Assembly: GCA_017991835.1 (NCBI GenBank)
Contig: JAGOPY010000001.1
Location: forward strand, 147,892-211,891
Reading direction: 5' to 3'
Length of the DNA: 64,000 nt
Source of the DNA: Bacteroidales bacterium
GTDB lineage: Bacteria > Bacteroidota > Bacteroidia > Bacteroidales > JAGOPY01
The notes below the pieces were generated by a model. The model had not been told where the DNA came from, searched no databases, and worked only from the letters and a program-made list of their open reading frames with translations. The position numbers were made by a program, and so were the translations under genes. This document shows positions 46,635-56,029 of the stretch, piece by piece. How positions within the stretch are numbered: the stretch's first letter is position 1; every line of letters begins with the position of its first letter.

Positions 46635-47078
46635 TTATCCCGGCAACAAATGTTCCTCGATCTCCAGGAAAATAATCTCCAGGTTTTTGATCTTTCCCTT
46701 TGGAATTTCATAGGCAGCCAGTGCCTGCGGTACCTTCTGGATTTTCCCGGTGATCTCCTTTTTTAAAGCCGCAGGCAAAATATCGTTCACGATCAGGAAA
46801 AAATCGGCCCCCTTCTCAGAAGGGATCAAACGCCCATCCTCATGATAATTGGAAACCAGGTAATAATCCCGCCTCTCTTCCGGATGACTGTACAGATAAA
46901 AGGAATAACCGCGCGATTCGGCTTCCTCGCCCGATATCAGGTCATCCAGCCTTTTAAAATGAAAACCCAGGCTTTCATTCATAAAGAAGGCGAACCGGTA
47001 GTCCTTCATATGGCAGGCGATCCCTATCGTTGTGTAATCGTAGGAGCTGCCACCGGTGAGTTTGATCTTCCTGCCCAT
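46635..47078 (-). CDS. small Bacteroidetes-type hypothetical protein (possibly IPExxxVDY family)
   Basis: 147 aa. YDYTTIGIACHMKDYRFAFFMNESLGFHFKRLDDL resembles that family from memory. The start overlaps the GH97 stop by 1 nt. Confidence 0.45.
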   Translation of the reverse strand: MGRKIKLTGGSSYDYTTIGIACHMKDYRFAFFMNESLGFHFKRLDDLISGEEAESRGYSFYLYSHPEERRDYYLVSNYHEDGRLIPSEKGADFFLIVNDILPAALKKEITGKIQKVPQALAAYEIPKGKIKNLEIIFLEIEEHLLPG

Positions 47079-48958
47079 CAGTTTACAGGTGTTACCGTGA
47101 TGGCCTGCCCGCCTCCCGGGGCCAGCCGGATCACATATTCATCGTCCTTTTTCACCATCCTCTTTTCAATGACGTAATCCAGAGGGTTGGAAACCCAATC
47201 GGCGTCCGGACCGTCAGCATAGACCACGGCTTCATACATCACCTTTTCATCCAGGAAGTCCAGTTTGACAAGCAACTCACGCGGATTTTCATCGGTGATC
47301 GACCCGATGTACCAGGCATTGTTCTTTTTCCGGGCAATGGTCACATAATCGCCGATCTTCCCGTTAAGCGCCTTCGTCTGGTCCCAGTCAACCGGCACTT
47401 CCCGGATGAACCGGAACGCCGGATGACCTTCGTAATTTTCGATCAGATCGGCCGCCATCTGCAACGGGCTGTAAATAACAACCATCAATGCCAGTTGCTT
47501 CGCCAGGGTGCTATGGATCCGGTTATCATACTCATTGCCAAGCCCCCATTCGCGGCTCATGAAATTCGGCCAGGTGCGTTCCAGCCCGGTCGCCTTCACC
47601 GTTTCATGCGCATCCACCATGATCTTGTGCTTCGCCGCTTTTTCAATGATCATCGCCTGGTGATTGACCATCCACTGCCCGTGATGGTATTGCCCCTCAG
47701 GCCTCATCTTACCTACATAGCCGGTTTTTATGGCATGGACCCCAAGCCGCTCATAAAGAGCGAAAGCGGAATCCACCTGTGTCTCATAAAATTCAGCGTT
47801 GGCTCCGGTTTCATTATGGACAATCAGGTACACGCCCTTATTTTTTGCATATCCCGCCACTTCCGCAAGATTGTAATCATCATAGGCTTCCATCATCGGA
47901 AACTCAACGCCGTCGGCCCAGTTCTCCCATCCTTTGTTCCAACCCTCTACCAGCACCCCGGGTATGTTGTTCTCTGACGCAAAATCGATGTGCCGCTTCG
48001 CATTCTCCGTGGTAGCCCCATGCTTCGGGCCGGCTGTCCAGGTATACTTTCCGATATGCATCCCCCACCAGATGCCGATGTACTTCATCGGCCTGATCCA
48101 GCTTATGTCTTCCAGCTTCGTGGGTTCATTCAGGTTCAGGATCAACGATGATTCGATCAGTTCGCCGGCAGTTTTTGAAAGTTGAACCGTTCTCCAGGGC
48201 GTCTGAAAAGGGACCTCAACCCTGGCTTTTACCCCGTCGGGCCATGGCACCAGGTCGCACAACAGCGTTAAAGGAGCATCGGCAGACCTTTTCAGCCTCA
48301 TTTCAGGGTAATTCACCAGCGCCGCTTCGTGCAGGCTCAGGCACAGGCTGTCGGTCAGCGATTCCATCGTCAGCGGGGTATTGGCCGAATCAATTCCGCT
48401 GATGGGGGTATTGCGGTAAAGAAATTCATGATTGTCATAATCACCCGGGATCCACCAGGCACTGAGATCATCCCTGAACCGGAATTCGGTCAGCTCCTTC
48501 ATGATCTCCAGTTTGGTCAGTCCTTCCTGTTCGGGAACGACATACCGGAAAGCGATGCCGTCGTTGTACGCCCTGAACTCAAGCTGTAATGTCCGGCCGG
48601 GTTCGGCCTTCTCTTTCAGGATCACCTGGAGCTGCCCGTAGTGCTCCCTGATCCGGTTGCGCTGCCCCCAGGCCGGTTCCCAGCGGCTTTGTTCACCCGA
48701 CATGGTCGCTTTCTCCATCCTGAGGTTTTCCCCGATCGGCAGTCCGTCCCGTATCTCAAAACCCAGCGCCGACGTGTCGATCACAACCCGGGTATCACGG
48801 ATCACCCGGTAAAAGGGCTTTCCCTCCCTGAGGATGAAAACTATGTTATTTCTTCCATCCGGTGAATCAAGCCTCACCGCCTCATCCGAAGAACAGGATG
48901 AGAAAAGTAAAGCAAAACACAAAATCAATGGCGCAAATCCTAAAATCCCAATTCTCAT
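47078..48958 (-). CDS. glycoside hydrolase family 97 (SusB-like alpha-glucosidase)
   Basis: SPDGRNNIVF...GKPFYRV, GVLVEGWNKGWENW. Lipoprotein signal MRIGILGFAPLILCFALLFSSC. The track ORF extends 27 codons further upstream into a tandem heptamer array, so I trimmed it. Confidence 0.75.
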   Translation of the reverse strand: MRIGILGFAPLILCFALLFSSCSSDEAVRLDSPDGRNNIVFILREGKPFYRVIRDTRVVIDTSALGFEIRDGLPIGENLRMEKATMSGEQSRWEPAWGQRNRIREHYGQLQVILKEKAEPGRTLQLEFRAYNDGIAFRYVVPEQEGLTKLEIMKELTEFRFRDDLSAWWIPGDYDNHEFLYRNTPISGIDSANTPLTMESLTDSLCLSLHEAALVNYPEMRLKRSADAPLTLLCDLVPWPDGVKARVEVPFQTPWRTVQLSKTAGELIESSLILNLNEPTKLEDISWIRPMKYIGIWWGMHIGKYTWTAGPKHGATTENAKRHIDFASENNIPGVLVEGWNKGWENWADGVEFPMMEAYDDYNLAEVAGYAKNKGVYLIVHNETGANAEFYETQVDSAFALYERLGVHAIKTGYVGKMRPEGQYHHGQWMVNHQAMIIEKAAKHKIMVDAHETVKATGLERTWPNFMSREWGLGNEYDNRIHSTLAKQLALMVVIYSPLQMAADLIENYEGHPAFRFIREVPVDWDQTKALNGKIGDYVTIARKKNNAWYIGSITDENPRELLVKLDFLDEKVMYEAVVYADGPDADWVSNPLDYVIEKRMVKKDDEYVIRLAPGGGQAITVTPVN

Positions 48959-48994
48959 ATCATTAACTCTAAAACTCATAACTAAAATTCGTAA

Positions 48995-49029
48995 CCCGAA
49001 ACCTGAAACCTGGAACCTGGAACTTGGAC
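48995..49029. repeat. tandem heptamers (CYGRAAC)x~5, same word as 6389 array
   Basis: CCGAAACCTGAAACCTGGAACCTGGAACTTGG, between the transglutaminase-like gene stop and the GH97 start. Confidence 0.85.
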
Positions 49030-49031
49030 TA

Positions 49032-50672
49032 TCACTCAACTATCTCCCAATCCCCGAAATTCTCAAAATTCACATAGGTCTTCGGTTCAGTGGTCCAGAA
49101 CTGGTTGGAGTTGTAGGTCCAGCCCAGGGTTTCCGATCCGCCTCCACTCTCGGTTGTCACCAGGAGCGTACCGCTGACACTGCCGATGGCATTGGCCTGG
49201 TCGCGGGGCCAGCTTTGGTCGCCGCGGCTCGGATCTACCGGGATCCAGCCGTAGTTCGGCAGGTAAACCTCCGCCCAGCGATGAAAGACATCGTCCATGC
49301 TGGCATCCTCCTCCCTGACAACCACCGAACCGGCATACCTGGCCGGAATGCCGGCTGCCCGGCACATGGCGATGAAAACAAAGGTGTACTCCGAACACGA
49401 GCCGCTGCCCCTGGCGAGAACTGTCGGTGCCGTATTCCACCCTCCCGTCATTTCATAATACATGTTGGCATTGATATGATCGAAGATATCCCGTACGATC
49501 CAGTATGGATTGGTCTGGTCTCCAACAACTGCCGCAACGGCATCCCGGATCACCGGGTGGGTGATCTGAAACTTCTCGTTGTCTTCCAGGTACTTACCTC
49601 TAATTTCAGCCGGGATGTCTCCCCTGGAACCAACCTTGTCGGGAAAAATAAAATAACGCACCTCCCAGGTGGTGGCCAGCGTCGTCATTTCAACCGTCCG
49701 GGTCTCGCCGGCGCCCAGGTCTTCGAAATGAAACCGGGCCGTTTTTTGTCCCCAGCGGTCGGTGACGATCTCCGCTGGTTTCATATTGTAAGATGGTGCC
49801 GCGGTAAACTGCTGGTTATCACGGTCGACCGGGATGGCAATGTGCAGGTCCGCATCGGTCACCTTTCCCGGGCCAAAGTTCTTGATCTGGTGCGTAAAGA
49901 TCAATTTGCCTTTTCGCTCCTTCGAACGAAGGAATTTTTCATCGTCCCTGGCGACGATCTTATACAGTTTATCGGTCTGGTAATCAATATGCCAGAGATA
50001 TTCCCCGTCGTAGCAGAGGCCTGCCGGATAAGGCCCCGGCGATGGGGTGATCAGAACCACCCTCCCTGTCTCCGGGCTGACCATGTAAATCTCGTCTTTC
50101 GACCGGTCGCAAACCCAGAGGTAAGTGCCATCAAAGGCCAGGCCCGTAGAGAATGAAGCCGGGGATTTGAAGGAGGTGATCGTGGTTCCGTCGTCGGGAC
50201 TGAACCGGATCAGTTCGTCGGAAAGGTCGTCGGCACACCATAGGTACCGGCCGTCGTAAGCAAGCCCGATGGGGCTGGCCGAAGGAGCGTCGAGGGTTTG
50301 AAGAATATGTCCGGTAGCCGGATCAAGGCGGTAGATGATGCCATCGTAATTCTCCGAGATATCCGTTCCCCCCTTCAGATCGGCGTTCCAGAGGTTCTTG
50401 CCGTCCCAGGCCAGTGCCAGTGGCCAGTAGCCCGGCGATGGCAGGGTGCGGATCACTTTGCCATTGTCCGGGTCGATGCAATACAGCAGGTCGGCCTTCC
50501 GGTCGGAGACCCAGATGTTCTTTCCGTCCCAGGTGATACCGGTACAATATTTCCCCGGCAGGTCGAATGATTTGACCACCTGGCCGGGATATGCATTAAG
50601 AAGAGAAGGCAGTAAAAAAGCACAGAAAACACATAATAAGATCATTAGATGAAAGGGAGTATTATTTTTCAT
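49032..50672 (-). CDS. beta-propeller repeat + transglutaminase-like domain protein
   Basis: Signal peptide, repeated W/YDG..LW blades, and a C-terminal transglutaminase core (GSGSCSEYTFVFIAMCRAAGIPARY). Confidence 0.7.
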   Translation of the reverse strand: MKNNTPFHLMILLCVFCAFLLPSLLNAYPGQVVKSFDLPGKYCTGITWDGKNIWVSDRKADLLYCIDPDNGKVIRTLPSPGYWPLALAWDGKNLWNADLKGGTDISENYDGIIYRLDPATGHILQTLDAPSASPIGLAYDGRYLWCADDLSDELIRFSPDDGTTITSFKSPASFSTGLAFDGTYLWVCDRSKDEIYMVSPETGRVVLITPSPGPYPAGLCYDGEYLWHIDYQTDKLYKIVARDDEKFLRSKERKGKLIFTHQIKNFGPGKVTDADLHIAIPVDRDNQQFTAAPSYNMKPAEIVTDRWGQKTARFHFEDLGAGETRTVEMTTLATTWEVRYFIFPDKVGSRGDIPAEIRGKYLEDNEKFQITHPVIRDAVAAVVGDQTNPYWIVRDIFDHINANMYYEMTGGWNTAPTVLARGSGSCSEYTFVFIAMCRAAGIPARYAGSVVVREEDASMDDVFHRWAEVYLPNYGWIPVDPSRGDQSWPRDQANAIGSVSGTLLVTTESGGGSETLGWTYNSNQFWTTEPKTYVNFENFGDWEIVE

Positions 50673-50745
50673 GACTAAGAATTTATTTCGAGGATGAAAT
50701 TATGGAAAATAATAAAACGAGGAGGCTGTCTCCAAAGGCTTTTTA

Positions 50746-50855
50746 TTAACCGCGAAGGCGCACAAAGTACATCACAAAGGAACACTAAGTAGTTGAATAT
50801 CAATTTACATACCTTTGTGCGCCTTTGTGAATTCCTTGGTGTCCTTTGTGGTTAA
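50746..50855. repeat. CACAAAGG-word hairpin downstream of rnc
   Basis: AAGGCGCACAAAG (50755-50767) pairs perfectly with CTTTGTGCGCCTT (50813-50825). Outer TTAACC/GGTTAA arms, and extra CACAAAGG / CCTTTGTG words on both arms. Confidence 0.7.
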
Positions 50856-50875
50856 ATCCTTTTGAGACATCCTCC

Positions 50876-51598
50876 TCACTCGGAAAGTAATTCCTCGCAG
50901 GCTTTCTCCGCAGCCGATTGCTCCGCCGCCTTGATCGAATAATCCAGGCCCCGCGAAACCGGCAACCCGTCGATATAAAGCTCTACCATGTATTGCTTCC
51001 GGTGACCATCCCCAATCTCCTGCAATACCTTGAATTCGAGCGGCTTCTTCTCCCGCTGGGCATATTCCAGTATCCGGCTCTTGAAATTGGTGTCGGTCTT
51101 CTCAATTTCATCCACATCCAGGTGCACGTCAATGATCCTCCGGATAATGATCTTGCGGGTGAAATTATAGCCTTTGTCGAGATAAATGGCACCGACCAGC
51201 GCTTCAAACGTATCGCCGTAAATCGACTTGCTCGAAGTATACGCCCCGTTGCCCTGGAATATCAGCTTGTTCAGCCCCATCTTCAGGGAGAGTTTGTTGA
51301 ACCGGCTGCGGCTCACAATGCGCGAACGCATCTCGGTCAGAAAACCTTCATGCTGGTAAGGAAATTTCTTGTAAAGATAATCGGCCACGACCGAACTGAG
51401 CACGGCATCGCCCAGGTATTCAAGCCTTTCGTTGTTCACCTGCTGGCCTTTCAGCCATACCTGCGGTGCCGATTTATGGGAAAGGGCTACTTTATAAAGA
51501 TGTATGTTGCAGGGATAGAATCCCAGCAGGTTTTTAATCGCTGTATAAAGGATTTTGTCTTTTTTAAACTGGACAATAACAAATTTTACCATCACCAT
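50876..51598 (-). CDS. rnc: ribonuclease III
   Basis: NERLEYLGDAVL signature and a C-terminal dsRBD. Start moved to the internal ATG (MVMVKF) just downstream of the fabF stop; the track start overlaps fabF by 47 nt. Confidence 0.85.
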   Translation of the reverse strand: MVMVKFVIVQFKKDKILYTAIKNLLGFYPCNIHLYKVALSHKSAPQVWLKGQQVNNERLEYLGDAVLSSVVADYLYKKFPYQHEGFLTEMRSRIVSRSRFNKLSLKMGLNKLIFQGNGAYTSSKSIYGDTFEALVGAIYLDKGYNFTRKIIIRRIIDVHLDVDEIEKTDTNFKSRILEYAQREKKPLEFKVLQEIGDGHRKQYMVELYIDGLPVSRGLDYSIKAAEQSAAEKACEELLSE

Positions 51599-51608
51599 GC
51601 CGGGAAGG

Positions 51609-52862
51609 TTATCCCCGGTACTTTTTGAAGATAAGGGAGGCGTTATGCCCGCCAAACCCGAAGGTATTGCTCAGGGCGTAGTTAACAACCCGCTTTTTGG
51701 CTGTATGATAAGTAAAGTCAAGGTTATTGTCAATCTCCGGATCATCGGTGAAATGGTTGATCGTCGGAGGAATGATATCATTCCGGATAGCCAGGATGGT
51801 GGCAATAGCTTCGATGGCGCCGGCAGCGCCCAGCAGGTGACCGGTCATCGACTTGGTTGAATTGATGCTGATCTTATAGGCATGCTCCCCGAAGGTATCT
51901 ACGATGGCCCTGGGTTCGGCAATGTCGCCAACGGGCGTCGATGTGCCGTGCGTATTGATGTGATCGATCTCTTCCGGCCGGATGCCTGCATCTTTCAGGG
52001 CATTTCTCATGGCCAGCATCGCCCCTTTTCCGTCAGGATGCGGAGCGGTCATGTGGTAAGCGTCGCCCGACAGGCCTCCGCCCACTAATTCTGCATAGAT
52101 TTTTGCTCCCCTGGCCATGGCATGTTCGTACTCTTCAAAAATAAGGCCGCATCCGCCTTCACCCAGGACAAACCCGTCGCGGTCTTTGTCGAATGGCCTC
52201 GACGCCGTTTTCGGATCATCATTCCGGGTGGAGATGGCATGCATGGAATTAAACCCGCCAACTCCACCGATTGTAATGGATGCTTCAGAGCCACCGACGA
52301 TAAAAGCATCGGCAAATCCCAGTCGGATGTAGTTAAAAGCATCCACCATGGCATTGGCTGCCGAGGCACAGGCGGAGACCGTCGCAAAATTCGGCCCCAT
52401 GAATCCGTACCGGATCGAAATATGACCGGCCGCGATATCGGCAATCATTTTGGGGATGAAAAACGGATTGAACCGGGGAGTGCCGTCTCCTTTGGCGAAG
52501 CTGATGATCTCATTCTCGAAGGTTTCCAACCCTCCGATCCCGGATGCCCAGATGACGCCAACCCGCTCTTTGTCAACCGACTCCGAATTGATCCCCGAGT
52601 CGGTAACGGCCTGGTCGGCTGCTATAAGGGCATATTGTGCATAAAGATCGTATTTCCTGACTTCCTTGCGGTCAAAATACAGGCCCATGTCGAGGTTCTT
52701 CACCTCACAGGCAAACTGGGTCTTGAATTTCGACGCATCAAAACGCGTAATAGGCCCAGCGCCACTAACCCCATTGACCAATCCGGTCCACAATTCCTCA
52801 ACCGTATTGCCCAATGGGGTAAGGGCTCCAAGTCCGGTAATGACTACTCGGCGTGAAGTCAT
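51609..52862 (-). CDS. fabF: beta-ketoacyl-ACP synthase II
   Basis: Full-length KAS II: active-site ACASAANA, HGTSTPVGD, SNTFGFGGHN. Confidence 0.92.
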   Translation of the reverse strand: MTSRRVVITGLGALTPLGNTVEELWTGLVNGVSGAGPITRFDASKFKTQFACEVKNLDMGLYFDRKEVRKYDLYAQYALIAADQAVTDSGINSESVDKERVGVIWASGIGGLETFENEIISFAKGDGTPRFNPFFIPKMIADIAAGHISIRYGFMGPNFATVSACASAANAMVDAFNYIRLGFADAFIVGGSEASITIGGVGGFNSMHAISTRNDDPKTASRPFDKDRDGFVLGEGGCGLIFEEYEHAMARGAKIYAELVGGGLSGDAYHMTAPHPDGKGAMLAMRNALKDAGIRPEEIDHINTHGTSTPVGDIAEPRAIVDTFGEHAYKISINSTKSMTGHLLGAAGAIEAIATILAIRNDIIPPTINHFTDDPEIDNNLDFTYHTAKKRVVNYALSNTFGFGGHNASLIFKKYRG

Positions 52863-52877
52863 GAAATAAATTTAGAC

Positions 52878-53114
52878 TTATTTTGTGTTCTCTTCGATGT
52901 ATTTTATCGCATCACCCACGGTTCCGATCTTCTCAGCGGCATCATCCGGGATGGCAATGTTGAATTCCTTCTCGAATTCCATGATGAGTTCAACCGTATC
53001 GAGCGAATCAGCGCCTAAATCGTTTGTGAAGCTGGCTTCTGCGGTAACTTCATTCTCATCTACACCAAGCTTATCAACTATGATAGCTTTTACTCTGGTT
53101 GCAATGTCTGACAT
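52878..53114 (-). CDS. acpP: acyl carrier protein
   Basis: [12 protein letters not shown]...[16 protein letters not shown] (phosphopantetheine Ser motif DSLD). Start trimmed to the internal ATG, giving 78 aa. Confidence 0.9.
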   Translation of the reverse strand: MSDIATRVKAIIVDKLGVDENEVTAEASFTNDLGADSLDTVELIMEFEKEFNIAIPDDAAEKIGTVGDAIKYIEENTK

Positions 53115-53358
53115 ACTTAAAATGATTTTGGTTAAACAAGCTGCAAAGAAAATAATAATCTTGACATAATACAAGAGGAAGATAAAATATTTTGGGGCCG
53201 GAATGTTATATGCAATTCATTATCAATTATATATTATTTTCTGGATATTTTATTTGCCAGGTTTATCATACATCTTATATTTTAAAAATCAGGAAATTAA
53301 ATCCGGATAGCCAAATGGACCGGAAATCTGTATATTTGATCCGGATTTTCCCTGACAT

Positions 53359-53940
53359 ATGATAAACATCGCCATCTTTGCCTCAGGAAACGGCAGCAAT
53401 GCCCAGAATATAGCTGAGTACTTTCAGAACCATCCTGCCATCCGGGTCTCGCTCATCCTGGCTAACAAACCCGATGCCTTTGTCCTCGAACGGGCAAAAA
53501 ACCTCGGAATCCCATCGCATGTGTTTAACCGGAAAGAGTTTTACGAAACAAACGACGTTCTGCAGGTCCTTCTCGATCATCATACCGACTTCATCGTGCT
53601 GGCCGGATTTCTCTGGTTCGTGCCGGATAATCTCCTGAGTAATTTCTCCCGTAAGATCATCAATATCCATCCTGCCCTCCTGCCCCGCCACGGCGGAAAA
53701 GGCATGTACGGCGACAAGGTTCATAAAGCCGTTATGGAATCAGGCGATAAAGTAACGGGCATCACTATCCATTTTGTGAATGACCATTATGATGAAGGAG
53801 AGATCATTTTCCAGGAATCGATCCCCGTAACCCCCGGCGATACGGCTGACAGCATCGCCCATAAAGTCCATCAGCTCGAATACAGGCACTTTCCAAGGGT
53901 GATTGAAGAGGTCATTAAGTCGTCATCGCTTGCCCGATGA
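53359..53940 (+). CDS. purN: phosphoribosylglycinamide formyltransferase
   Basis: IAIFASGNGSN, INIHPALLP..GGKGMYG, and a length of about 190 aa. Confidence 0.88.
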   Translation: MINIAIFASGNGSNAQNIAEYFQNHPAIRVSLILANKPDAFVLERAKNLGIPSHVFNRKEFYETNDVLQVLLDHHTDFIVLAGFLWFVPDNLLSNFSRKIINIHPALLPRHGGKGMYGDKVHKAVMESGDKVTGITIHFVNDHYDEGEIIFQESIPVTPGDTADSIAHKVHQLEYRHFPRVIEEVIKSSSLAR

Positions 53941-54070
53941 TGTTTCAGGTGGAAATCCCGGCATGTTACAAAGTCGTTAATCGTTGATCCCGGTCTTATT
54001 TTTCAGCACAAAAAAAAATGAAAACTGAATAAACCGATCAAGTTTTACTATTTTTGCCGCTCATTTTGTT

Positions 54071-54681
54071 ATGATGGAATCGAGCGAAAGAATTATCCTG
54101 AAATCCATTGAACTGTTTACCCGATACGGCATCCGGCTGGTAACCATGGACCAGATCGCCGAAGAGGTGGGTATGTCGAAACGGACAATCTATGAATTGT
54201 TTAAAAACAAAGACACCCTGGTCATGGAGTGCCTTGAATCGATCCACCGGAAACAAATGACCGAAATACAGGAAATTGCCGAAAGAGTTTCAAACGTCAT
54301 CGAGGCTTTATACCGCGTCGGGCAATATAGCGAGAAAAAGAAAGCAGAAATGAATCCCATTTTTTTGAAGATATCCGGAAACTATATCCTCAAATATGGA
54401 ATACCATGAAACAACGCTCCAATACCGGGTCCGGTATGTTCTCCCATATGATCCTGACAAAAGGGATTGGGGAAGGCATTTTCCGGGATGACCTGGATAT
54501 TACAATTGTCGGTACATTCATGCAATCCATGATGGAGACTTTTCACAAAAAAGAGATATTCCCCGAAAACACCCCTGACAAAGCCCTGCTCCGCAATATA
54601 GTCATCCCTTACTATATGGGTATCTCAACGGATAAAGGGAAGAAACTCATCGAACAATATATACCATTAACATTTTCTTGA
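54071..54681 (+). pseudogene. TetR/AcrR family regulator interrupted by a frameshift in a T7 run
   Basis: The N-terminal HTH ORF (54071..54409: LFTRYGIRLVTMDQIAEEVGMSKRTIYELFKNKDTL) and the C-terminal ORF (54406..54681) are in different frames. Reading the second frame back to the T run at 54360-54366 gives ...FFEDIRKLYPQIWNTMKQRS..., a continuous TetR-like sequence if one T is added. Confidence 0.7.
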
Positions 54682-54706
54682 TCACTACTAATAATTATAT
54701 TCAGCA

Positions 54707-56005
54707 ATGCGTAAAACAGCGTTATTTCTTTTATTATGGGCGTTTACAGGCTGTTTTCAGGCATCAGGACAGGAAAAACTGGCACTATCCCTGGAACAGG
54801 CAATAAATTATGCACTCGAATACAACAAGCAACTCGAGAATGCCGCTATCTCCGTCGACCTGGCCCAGAAAAAAATAAACGAATCGATTTCCGGTTTCCT
54901 CCCCCAGGCCGATCTGTCTATGGATTACTCGAACTATCTCGGCGCCGAAATGGAGTTCAGCTTCGGGGAAGGCCTCCCGGCACAGAAAATTCCGTTTAAC
55001 CCTACCAGCAACCTGTATCTCAGGGTATCCCAAATGGTCTTCAGCGGAAATATGATCGTCGGGCTTCAAATGGTGAAGATCTATAAGGAGATGTCGTCTA
55101 CAAATTACCTGAAAACGGAACAAAGCCTGAAGGAAAACACCATCAAAGCCTACCAGAATGCCCTGGTATCGGAAAAATATATCGGCATTATCAATGAAAA
55201 CCTGGCCAATACCCGCCAGATCTACGAAAACACCAAAGCGATGGTCTCGGTGGGTATGGCGGAAAAACTCGATCTCGACCAGTTCGAGGTCACCCTTTCC
55301 ACACTGGAAAATGCCCTGAAATCGGCCGAAAGGCAGAAAGAACTGGCCTACAACCTGCTCCGCTTCCAGCTGGGCGTGCAGGCCGATACTCCCGTCGATC
55401 TGACAGATTCTCTTGGCTTCTTCATCGAAAACTTCGATATCACAGGACTGGCCGACAAATCGTTCAATTTGTCGAATAACCTTGATTACCAGGTCATGCA
55501 GAGCCAGGTACAGATCTCCGGAAAGCAGGTCAGTATGCAAAAGATGAATTACCTGCCGACACTGACCGGGTTTTACCAGCATACCAACAAGCTGATGAAA
55601 CCGGAATTCGATTTGTCTCCGAAAAATGTAATCGGCCTGAACTTTAATTTCCCGATCCTGTCGAGCGGTATGCGCAATTCGCAGTATAACCAGGCCCGCC
55701 TCCAGTACGAGACAACCCTTAACAACAAAAGCCTGCTGACCGACCAGCTGCTCCTCCAGGAAAAACAACTGCGATTCAACCTGGCCAGCGCCATCGAACA
55801 GTATCTCAACCGGAAGAACAATGTGGATGTTACATACCGCATCTATAAAAGCTACCGGTTCAAGTACGAGCAGGGAATAGCCTCAAGCCTTGACCTGACG
55901 ATCGCCAATAACAATTATCTGCAGGCCGAATCGGATTACCTCATGTCGATCATGACCTTGCTCGACGCACGCACCGCCCTGCAAAAACTTTTGAATACAC
56001 TATAA
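54707..56005 (+). CDS. TolC family outer-membrane efflux protein
   Basis: 432 aa, signal peptide, two-repeat coiled-coil OEP architecture. First gene of the efflux operon. Confidence 0.85.
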   Translation: MRKTALFLLLWAFTGCFQASGQEKLALSLEQAINYALEYNKQLENAAISVDLAQKKINESISGFLPQADLSMDYSNYLGAEMEFSFGEGLPAQKIPFNPTSNLYLRVSQMVFSGNMIVGLQMVKIYKEMSSTNYLKTEQSLKENTIKAYQNALVSEKYIGIINENLANTRQIYENTKAMVSVGMAEKLDLDQFEVTLSTLENALKSAERQKELAYNLLRFQLGVQADTPVDLTDSLGFFIENFDITGLADKSFNLSNNLDYQVMQSQVQISGKQVSMQKMNYLPTLTGFYQHTNKLMKPEFDLSPKNVIGLNFNFPILSSGMRNSQYNQARLQYETTLNNKSLLTDQLLLQEKQLRFNLASAIEQYLNRKNNVDVTYRIYKSYRFKYEQGIASSLDLTIANNNYLQAESDYLMSIMTLLDARTALQKLLNTL

Positions 56006-56029
56006 TCGTAACCATAAAAATCAAGTTTT

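Noticed and set aside
53175-53358. A possible purine/ZTP-type riboswitch in the acpP-purN divergent gap.
   Set aside because: I only see an AAATCCGGA/TCCGGATTT inverted repeat in an AT-rich region. I could not recognise a ZTP (pfl) or purine riboswitch core.
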